Positions 57,080 to 64,000 of a DNA stretch of 64,000 nucleotides are shown one piece after another. Where the stretch lies: the IMG/VR virus record IMGVR_UViG_3300022223_000004, positions 6,499 through 70,498 of that record. The stretch is one strand, 5' to 3'. Position 1 is the first letter of the stretch. Each line of letters opens with the position of its first letter. The translations under genes were made by a program, and so were the position numbers. The notes beneath the pieces are model-generated. The model was not told the origin of the DNA. It saw nothing but the letters and a program-made list of their open reading frames with translations, and did no database searches. This DNA comes from a virus.

Positions 57080-58066
57080 TTAGGGCCTTAATGCGCCGGA
57101 TCTTTTTAAATGTGCCAGTCTTTTCAAAAGTTTATCCAACTCCTTATACGCCGAATTCATCATTGTTGGGGGTTTTCTACTCCTATCAAAACGGCTCTTT
57201 TTGGAAGCAACCTCAAACAGGAGCTCCCTTGCTCTTTTTCCTGAAAGTTTCGTTCGGGTCAATGAAGCTTGGTCATCTGAAAGGGAAGCGGCAGCCTCTG
57301 AGGCACCTTTTTTCTTTTTCTCCTTTTTATGTTTTTTCAGAAGCTGGGTTTGGACGTCTTTGTCTTTGGAAGTCCTCACAATTCTATTTACCAGGCTCAC
57401 TGTCACCGTTCCCTCTTCTAATCCCTTTTTCAAAGCGGGTGCAGCATCTATTAATGCAAGCCTAGTCCTTATTGTCGTTACAGACTTTCCGGTTGCCGCC
57501 ATTAGCTCCTCTTCACTCATGCCCATTTCAGAGAGCCGTTTAAAGGCCACAGCCTCCTCTAAGGGAGTGAAAGGCTTTCCTTCATTGGCAATCAAGGTAT
57601 GCATCATTGCTTCCACTTCGGAGGTATTGGGGCTATCTTCTATAGCAGGAATAGAAGTGAATCCTTTATGTCCCTCCTCTATAAGGGACAATACGGCCCT
57701 CAATCTCCTAGCCCCATCTACTAAGACCAATTGTTTTTTGGCATTCCTTCTGACATGGATAGGACGATAGACACCTCCTGTTTTTATAGAAGTTTTTATT
57801 TCCTCCATGTCCCCAAAATCTATTCTAGGATTCCAATTATCCTCCACTAAGATTTTCCTGGGATCAACATGGAGTAGTTCCTCTTTTTTTACTACCACAC
57901 CCCTAGACTTGGCTTTGGCTTTGGGTTCAGCTTTGGCTTTGGGTTCAGCTTTGGCTTTGGGTTCAGCTTTGGCTTTGGGTTCAGCTTTGGCTTTTGCTGG
58001 AGCTTTGGCTTTTGCTGGAGCTTTGGCTTTGGGTTCCGAAATTTTCTTTTGCATTTTGTCTTCCAT
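57080..58066 (-). CDS. ParB/Srx-domain protein with HTH
   Basis: 'NPR', 'SIK..GV..PI.V', 'LVDGARRLRA', 'EEA.AF.RL...G....E....TGKS...I..RL.L'. Confidence 0.88.
   Translation of the reverse strand: MEDKMQKKISEPKAKAPAKAKAPAKAKAEPKAKAEPKAKAEPKAKAEPKAKAKSRGVVVKKEELLHVDPRKILVEDNWNPRIDFGDMEEIKTSIKTGGVYRPIHVRRNAKKQLVLVDGARRLRAVLSLIEEGHKGFTSIPAIEDSPNTSEVEAMMHTLIANEGKPFTPLEEAVAFKRLSEMGMSEEELMAATGKSVTTIRTRLALIDAAPALKKGLEEGTVTVSLVNRIVRTSKDKDVQTQLLKKHKKEKKKKGASEAAASLSDDQASLTRTKLSGKRARELLFEVASKKSRFDRSRKPPTMMNSAYKELDKLLKRLAHLKRSGALRP
57909..58036 (-). repeat. 18-bp tandem repeats encoding (E/A)PKAKA
   Basis: ttggctttgggttcagct x4 and ttggcttttgctggagct x2. Confidence 0.92.
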
Positions 58067-58094
58067 TTTTCCCTCCTTTAATTACACCATTTAA

Positions 58095-58658
58095 TTACTT
58101 AATAATGCTATCATCATCAATTAAGGATTCATATTCATATAAAATATGCTTTAGAACCTTAAAAGGAACCACACAAGGCAGTTCCTTTTGTTTTTTCTTT
58201 GAGTTTTTCTCCACTACCCCCGACCTAGTGGCCTTTAAGTAATGTGATCTGGAATTCTCTTCCTCCCAAACCTCTATCCTTAAAACTTCCCTAGGATCCC
58301 CCTCATAAGGAATTTCCTCAGAAGAAAGGAGTCTTAATTTAAAATCAGGAAGGGGAACCTCTTCCTTTACTTCCTCAGGAGATAAAAAAGAGTCTACCTC
58401 TTTTATATCTATTCTCCAACCAGAAGAAGGGTCCTCCGTATCCTGTATCCTCATTCCCCCTTTTCTGTAATACTTTTCCAAATAAAAGCCATCTTCATCT
58501 TTTAATTGGATAATGACAACCCTTGAATTGTATCCTTTTACTCTTCCAACCAGTACCTCTCCTGTCTTCTCTCCGAAGCCAGAAACTAAGATATCAAAAG
58601 GATTTTTCAGAAAAATGGTCCTGTCAAAAGCTTCACGCCAAAGCTTTTTTCGTTTCAT
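58095..58658 (-). CDS. hypothetical protein (187 aa)
   Basis: AAACAGGAGA RBS. Confidence 0.7.
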   Translation of the reverse strand: MKRKKLWREAFDRTIFLKNPFDILVSGFGEKTGEVLVGRVKGYNSRVVIIQLKDEDGFYLEKYYRKGGMRIQDTEDPSSGWRIDIKEVDSFLSPEEVKEEVPLPDFKLRLLSSEEIPYEGDPREVLRIEVWEEENSRSHYLKATRSGVVEKNSKKKQKELPCVVPFKVLKHILYEYESLIDDDSIIK

Positions 58659-58751
58659 TATATTTCTCCTGTTTTAAAGAAACCTGAGGTCTAGGAAAAT
58701 CTTTCTAGACCTCAAATAACCCACCGTGCTCTTCCCTTAAAGGGAATATGC

Positions 58752-59135
58752 TTACTTCCTTCGGATTTTAATTTTCTTTTTCTTGCCAGTAGCTCCCTCC
58801 TCTGAAGCTTCCTTGGCTTTCACTTTCTTTTTGGAAGTCTTTTTGGCCGGAGCCTCCTTCTTGGCTTTCTTCTTGGAAACCTTTTTATCGGTTTTCACTT
58901 TTTTGGATTTTGCAGTCTTGGTAGAGGCTTTAGCCTTTCCAGTTTTCTTTCCTGAAATTTTATCCAGGATGCATTGTGCAATGTTTTTCTGCCGGTCTGA
59001 CTCCGAGGAGCTTCTGGTTATTTTTTGCAAATCCTTTTTCACTGTGAGGGCATCAGCGGAAGGTTTTACTTCCAGCCTTTCCAGCATTTTCAATTCCCTG
59101 CTATTCAAATCTAATTCATTTAATTTGGACATCAC
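58752..59135 (-). CDS. histone-H1-like Lys/Ala-rich protein
   Basis: C-terminal half dominated by K/A/S/T; AAGGAG RBS. Confidence 0.7.
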   Translation of the reverse strand: MMSKLNELDLNSRELKMLERLEVKPSADALTVKKDLQKITRSSSESDRQKNIAQCILDKISGKKTGKAKASTKTAKSKKVKTDKKVSKKKAKKEAPAKKTSKKKVKAKEASEEGATGKKKKIKIRRK

Positions 59136-59227
59136 TTTCTCCTTTTTTTACATTGATGGTTGTGTCGGGCAAAAGTGCCCGCTATAGGCATTTCTTCCTC
59201 CTATAAAATGCCTATGGCTGGGACTCT

Positions 59228-59494
59228 CTATTTATATCTCCTTTTTTCCAATTTTTTCTCCAATTTTTTTCTCCTTAAAACCCTTTTATCCATGTTATCT
59301 ATTTGGTTCTTTAATTCCTCTTCGGAATAGGCAATAACTGTCCATTTTATTTTTTTATTTCCAGATGGTTTTGCATACCAAATATAAGGGGCTGGATCAT
59401 ATCCTCCGTACATAGGAATAAATTCCTCATACACTTCCAGCCCTTTATACACTCCATGGAATATAGGGCCCATTTTTAAAGATATCCTATCCAT
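59228..59494 (-). CDS. hypothetical protein (88 aa)
   Basis: AGGAG RBS. Confidence 0.65.
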   Translation of the reverse strand: MDRISLKMGPIFHGVYKGLEVYEEFIPMYGGYDPAPYIWYAKPSGNKKIKWTVIAYSEEELKNQIDNMDKRVLRRKKLEKKLEKRRYK

Positions 59495-59503
59495 ATGGAC
59501 TCC

Positions 59504-61072
59504 TCAATCGACGAATACCAAAATATCCTTCGCTCTGGTTATGGCAACATATTCCAAGTTGGATTCTTGCTCCAATTGCCATGGCTGTTTTGCATAAGGA
59601 CTGGGGAGTCTTTTTGCTCTCTGGTATAGAAAAACCCTGTCCCATTCTCTCCCCTTAGATTTGTGAATAGTGGAAAGGAGGACGGCAGGAACCTCTCCTT
59701 CTGTATCCACAAAATACTTTTTAATCCAGTGTACCATTTCCTTGACTTGGTTCCCACCGGAATCAATAACCCCCCGGGCAATGGCCTCAATTGCTCCAGA
59801 AAGATCAGAAAGCTGATCCATTCTGTAATGTTTATTAGAGGTCACTGCCTTTTCCATTTCCTTATCAATGTACTCCCTGAAAAGGACCATCATATCTGGA
59901 ATAGATTTGGCCTTTTTCCATTTAGAGATCACCTCAATCAATCCGCTGCCTATATCGGTCCCCTCTATTTTACAAGGGATGCCATTTGCTAAAAATGTGT
60001 AGGTAAGAGAGACAAGAGGTCCCGTATTCCGGCAGAGTATGGCATCCCCTTTACCAACACTCATGGTTTTATACCAAGGTTCCGTAGTCTTCCTTTCATC
60101 AATAGCCATTACCTTTCCTTCTGGGGCAGACTCATGGGCAATCAAATCTGGAACAATCTTATTGGCCTCCAAAACTACACTTTTGGGACAACGGTAAGTG
60201 GTGGTCAAAGGCAGTGATACGGATTCCATTTTCTTTGCTATCTTATCCATCGAGTCCGCATCGGCTCCTGTGAATCCATAGATAGCTTGCCTATCATCCC
60301 CAACAGCCACTAATCTTCCATTAGGGGAAAGCATAAGCAATGCCAATTCCCTTCTGGCATCGTTTGTATCCTGTGCCTCATCAATTAATACCCAATCCTT
60401 TTTAAATACCTTCATTCCATGGACTAAAGGTGCCAGGATCATATCGTCAAAATCAATCAGTTCCTTATCCCGATTGAATGATTCTTCCAAAACCTTCATG
60501 GAACATTTTATTATATCCTCCATTGTAATTCTTTGGGGATTGCTTATCCCATTTACATTAAACCGATCGACTAGCTCCTGCCAAATGGAAAACTCATGGA
60601 TATCATATTTGTATCCAATTGCTTTTTGTTTCGCATGGGAGACAAGTTTTTTTATAACAAACCTTTCGGTAAAATATATGCTTTCCTCTGGGGAGGAAAC
60701 TTCCTCATCCTGTTCGGCAAACTCTTTCGCTATTATCACGGTCTTGCCTGCGAACACTTTTGGACGCCTACCTCTAGCATTCCGGGATATTATTTTCATT
60801 CCAAAAGAATGGACTGTCCCTGTCTCAACCCCAGAAAAATCATGCCCCTCATTGCGCTTTTTGTCCAAACGGATTTGGAATTCTTCCGCAGCTTTTTTAT
60901 TATATGCCATCAATGATACAGTCCCCAATCCATACTCCACAATAGGGGTTACCACTCCCTCAATCAGGGTATAAGTTTTTCCACAACCTGCTCTGGCCAC
61001 TAAATTAAGGGACCCCGTTCCTGAGAGTACCCAATCACGGACGTTGGATTGTTGCTCTGATAGATTTGCCAT
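59504..61072 (-). CDS. UvrD/REP-like SF1 helicase
   Basis: 'ARAGCGKT', 'DFDDMI', 'IDEAQD', 'VGDDRQAIYGF', 'YRCP', 'STIHKSKGREW', 'YVAITRAK'. Confidence 0.93.
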   Translation of the reverse strand: MANLSEQQSNVRDWVLSGTGSLNLVARAGCGKTYTLIEGVVTPIVEYGLGTVSLMAYNKKAAEEFQIRLDKKRNEGHDFSGVETGTVHSFGMKIISRNARGRRPKVFAGKTVIIAKEFAEQDEEVSSPEESIYFTERFVIKKLVSHAKQKAIGYKYDIHEFSIWQELVDRFNVNGISNPQRITMEDIIKCSMKVLEESFNRDKELIDFDDMILAPLVHGMKVFKKDWVLIDEAQDTNDARRELALLMLSPNGRLVAVGDDRQAIYGFTGADADSMDKIAKKMESVSLPLTTTYRCPKSVVLEANKIVPDLIAHESAPEGKVMAIDERKTTEPWYKTMSVGKGDAILCRNTGPLVSLTYTFLANGIPCKIEGTDIGSGLIEVISKWKKAKSIPDMMVLFREYIDKEMEKAVTSNKHYRMDQLSDLSGAIEAIARGVIDSGGNQVKEMVHWIKKYFVDTEGEVPAVLLSTIHKSKGREWDRVFLYQRAKRLPSPYAKQPWQLEQESNLEYVAITRAKDILVFVD

Positions 61073-61162
61073 TATCTTTCTCCTGTTATTAACAAAATTA
61101 ACATCGGGATGATTCCCGGCAATGCCCTCTCCAGAGGAAAGGACATTAACTGGAATAATCCT

Positions 61163-61615
61163 CTACTCTACCACACTCTCAAAAGGAATCAGGATCCCCC
61201 TCTGGTTGGTAAGATAGGATATCTTAGCAGATACCGTAGCCCTATCCCATTCTTTGAAATGATTACCCACCTCTATAACCAGGAATTCCCTCTTCAACGG
61301 CTTTTTATGCTCCTTAAAGATATCCTTAAGGACCCGATAAATTCTTGCCGCATCCGAATTATCATCCTGATGAAAAAGCGACTGGGGATTCCTTTGGTCC
61401 AATCCCAAATACTGTGCTTTAGGTTTTCTGGCACCTGAAAGGGCCTTGCTGGAAGGCCCTTGCGTTTGGATCTCACTAAAACCCTCAGGAGCATACCACT
61501 TGGTCCCATTAAAGTCGGTGAGTAATGCCTCTGGATGATGTAACTCCAGCACCTTCGCCTCCGTCAGGGAGACTTTTTTCAGTTTCACTATTACTTCCAA
61601 TACCTGTTTGTTCAT
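61163..61615 (-). CDS. hypothetical protein with wHTH-like C-terminus
   Basis: AGGAG RBS; 'LKREFL......DRATVSAKISYL...GIL'. Confidence 0.65.
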   Translation of the reverse strand: MNKQVLEVIVKLKKVSLTEAKVLELHHPEALLTDFNGTKWYAPEGFSEIQTQGPSSKALSGARKPKAQYLGLDQRNPQSLFHQDDNSDAARIYRVLKDIFKEHKKPLKREFLVIEVGNHFKEWDRATVSAKISYLTNQRGILIPFESVVE

Positions 61616-61809
61616 TTTATTTCTCCTAATTTCCTTTCTTGTTTCCCTCGGCGCACCCTACGGATATCCCTTTTACTCATAGGGCGGTCTGGATTTTGAG
61701 AAGTCTCCGATCCTTCAAAAACCCTTTTCATTTTATTATTGCTTACTGAAACCACTACCACTTCCTCTCCAATAACGGAGTATTGGTATCGGGTCCTATT
61801 CATATTCAT
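61612..61809 (-). CDS. hypothetical protein (65 aa)
   Basis: AGGAG RBS; ATGA overlap. Confidence 0.6.
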   Translation of the reverse strand: MNMNRTRYQYSVIGEEVVVVSVSNNKMKRVFEGSETSQNPDRPMSKRDIRRVRRGKQERKLGEIK

Positions 61810-61901
61810 CCTTCTCTCCTATTTATACATTTTGGAATCAGAAACTCTATTAAAAGCTCCTGCAATTGGACACTCCGAAAAATGTCCAATAACTGCACCT
61901 C

Positions 61902-62402
61902 TCAATAATTTTTCTCCACTGATGGAATAATCAGACTCAGTGCCCGATAAACCTGTTCATCATCCAAATAAAGGTAAAGGCGTTTTTTGAATTGCTCAAA
62001 GACTGGATCCCTTCTGGCACACTCAAAGAAAAGGTCAAAACAAAATTTACGATTAAGGTTTGTAACCTTTTCTGATCCAGGAAACATTCCTAACTCATAC
62101 TGGGTTGTTAATTCCATTAGAGTATTCAAATCCTTAAGCACCAGGGATTTTATTCCCTTTTGCAGGTGGAAAAAATCCTCCTCCTTTATGTCCAGGGAAA
62201 GGATATACTCCTCTTTCTTTTTTGTTTTATCGAAAAGCGTATCCAAATCCCTCAAGACCTGCTCCCTTAGGTCACACAATGCCAGATCAAGGGAATTACC
62301 TCGCCCAAGTACATACTCGGCATGGGATGGATTAAATCTCAGTCCAATATAATATTGGCCAGATTCGTTTCTGACTTTTGTCAAAGTAAACATAGTGGTC
62401 AT
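61902..62402 (-). CDS. hypothetical protein (166 aa)
   Basis: GGAGGTG RBS. Confidence 0.7.
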   Translation of the reverse strand: MTTMFTLTKVRNESGQYYIGLRFNPSHAEYVLGRGNSLDLALCDLREQVLRDLDTLFDKTKKKEEYILSLDIKEEDFFHLQKGIKSLVLKDLNTLMELTTQYELGMFPGSEKVTNLNRKFCFDLFFECARRDPVFEQFKKRLYLYLDDEQVYRALSLIIPSVEKNY

Positions 62403-62613
62403 TTATACACCTCCCTTATCTCTAATGGTCCAAACCACAAACGACGGAATATTTTTCTATTACTGGTACGGGAAACTGATTCCATTTCCCACCAAGTTGT
62501 ATCCCATCCCCAATTTCCCCAACGCCAAAAAACGTAAAGGGTGTTTCCATTATCCAACGTCGTCTTTTTCATCAACTTCCTCCAGGTTTATAATGCTAAA
62601 CAGGCCGATGGTT

Positions 62614-63120
62614 CTATTTATGGTACCCATGAAGGTAGAAGGTTAGTCTGTCATCAGAATTGATCTCCTCTGTACATCCCTCCTCCTTATCTGCTATATG
62701 GATTACAGATTCGGAAATAATAGATGCAACACCAAAAACAATCTCCTCTCCTTCAGAGTCCTCCGCTGATATAAGCATACCACTGGCTATGTCTTTAAAA
62801 GGGATGGCAGGTGGTTCTATAAAAGCCCCCTCTGTATTTAAACAAGGACAGGTAGCTGCCGCCCTTTCATCTTCCCATGAAGTACCGCAGTTCCTACACC
62901 TGATTTCCTCCTGTTTCTCTTCCTTAGGTTTATCAAAATCAATGCATTCAGCTACCTCATATCTAAGGGTTACATCAATCACATACCCCTCCTTTTCTGG
63001 GAATTTTTTGTCAAATAATTTTTTAACAAAGCGGGCTTGGACTTCGCTAGTTACCGAATGGGTTGCGGTTGCGAATAAATGCTTTCCGTCCAGTGCGACA
63101 TTAATCTTATAATAATACAT
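62614..63120 (-). CDS. hypothetical early protein with central zinc motif
   Basis: AAACAGGAGA RBS; CRNC...CPC. Confidence 0.7.
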   Translation of the reverse strand: MYYYKINVALDGKHLFATATHSVTSEVQARFVKKLFDKKFPEKEGYVIDVTLRYEVAECIDFDKPKEEKQEEIRCRNCGTSWEDERAAATCPCLNTEGAFIEPPAIPFKDIASGMLISAEDSEGEEIVFGVASIISESVIHIADKEEGCTEEINSDDRLTFYLHGYHK

Positions 63121-63161
63121 TGTCTTTCTCCTGTTTTTAAATTTCCTGAATGGATAGTTGA

Positions 63162-63401
63162 TTAAGATAACATATCAAACCAGTCTTCGGTAGAAAGGCC
63201 ATGCCTTTCTCCTATTTCTTCCCACCGAGCGCAACAATCATCCATCTTCGACTGATAATACTGGGCGGATTTAACACAAGCCATCCTCTGTGCTTCTGCC
63301 TTAGAATCGGTCTCTGTATCTTTAAAATATTGAGACCCTTTAAATACAGCCCAAGTTCCATTCCTTGTTTTCTTCACTCGGTATTTTAATCTAATGGTCA
63401 T
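63162..63401 (-). CDS. hypothetical early protein (79 aa)
   Basis: AAACAGGAGA RBS. Confidence 0.7.
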   Translation of the reverse strand: MTIRLKYRVKKTRNGTWAVFKGSQYFKDTETDSKAEAQRMACVKSAQYYQSKMDDCCARWEEIGERHGLSTEDWFDMLS

Positions 63402-63415
63402 CTACCTTCTCCTGT

Positions 63416-63871
63416 TTATAGTGTGTTTTCAACAAAGCAAATTGATCCGGGATTGTTCCACTCCCAATACCCTTTATGCTCCTTTGCAAATTGCTCCAAA
63501 GCTTCACAGATCCATGGCAGTTCCCCACGGAACTCCCCATAGTAGTCTGCAAAGTAAAAACCGTTACCATCCTCCAAATCAATTACCAGCCTTGCTTGGC
63601 TATCAATAATGTATTTTGGAAAAACTTCCTTGCCATTAACTGGATCAATTGCTTTTGGCAATTTCTCAGCCAATGCCCTTACCCTGTCCCTTCTATATAC
63701 AAGGTTAACGGTATCTTTCGCGTCCTCTAGATCAGGGGTAAAGTAATCTGCCTTCGCCTCCCACCTGCCATCTATGTAAAACTGGACAACATATTCTTGC
63801 CATTCTGAATCATAATAGATTTTTGCTTTCTTGTTTCCATCCTCTATCGTGATTTTTAATCGCTTAGTCAT
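63416..63871 (-). CDS. hypothetical early protein
   Basis: AAACAGGAGA RBS before MTKRLK; 'IYYDSEWQEYVV.F......ADYFT.D..DA' motif. Confidence 0.7.
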   Translation of the reverse strand: MTKRLKITIEDGNKKAKIYYDSEWQEYVVQFYIDGRWEAKADYFTPDLEDAKDTVNLVYRRDRVRALAEKLPKAIDPVNGKEVFPKYIIDSQARLVIDLEDGNGFYFADYYGEFRGELPWICEALEQFAKEHKGYWEWNNPGSICFVENTL

Positions 63872-64000
63872 GTACCTTCTCCTGTTTAAGTGTATAAATT
63901 TATTTCCGGATAACTGCATCCGTGATTGGACACTCCGAAGAGTATCCAATGGCTGAGACAGTTTTAATAATCACCTACCCACATTTCCTCTTCATCATCC

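Overview
This 64 kb window is most of a dsDNA tailed-phage genome (siphovirus-like, AT-rich) read in the standard genetic code. Essentially all real genes lie on the minus strand. In transcription order (right to left) it carries: (1) early genes sharing an AAACAGGAGA ribosome-binding motif, including a UvrD-like helicase, a histone-H1-like basic protein, ParB, a sigma-like factor and an acidic protein with three Sm/SH3-like repeats; (2) a full replication/recombination module (5'-3' exonuclease, DnaB, SNF2, primase, methyltransferase, beta clamp, UDG-fused PolA, clamp loader, UvsY-like, SSB, RecA, 2OG-Fe(II) oxygenase, RuvC, SbcCD); (3) an accessory block with two LexA-type SOS boxes, MazG, a 199-nt tRNA-like RNA and SLOG; (4) a five-hairpin non-coding array; (5) packaging and head genes interrupted by an Ntn-peptidase/NDT/NADAR island, followed by MuF fused to a DraT-like ADP-ribosyltransferase; (6) a long non-contractile tail module with a -1 frameshift; (7) holin-like genes. 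No integrase, endolysin, CRISPR array or reverse transcriptase is visible. The best candidates for undescribed systems are a virion-borne MuF-ART with a nearby NADAR eraser, hairpin RNAs displaying anti-Shine-Dalgarno loops (one complementary to the phage's own early-gene RBS motif), and a possibly SOS-controlled oversized tRNA-like RNA. All protein family calls come from motif recognition by eye, not database searches.
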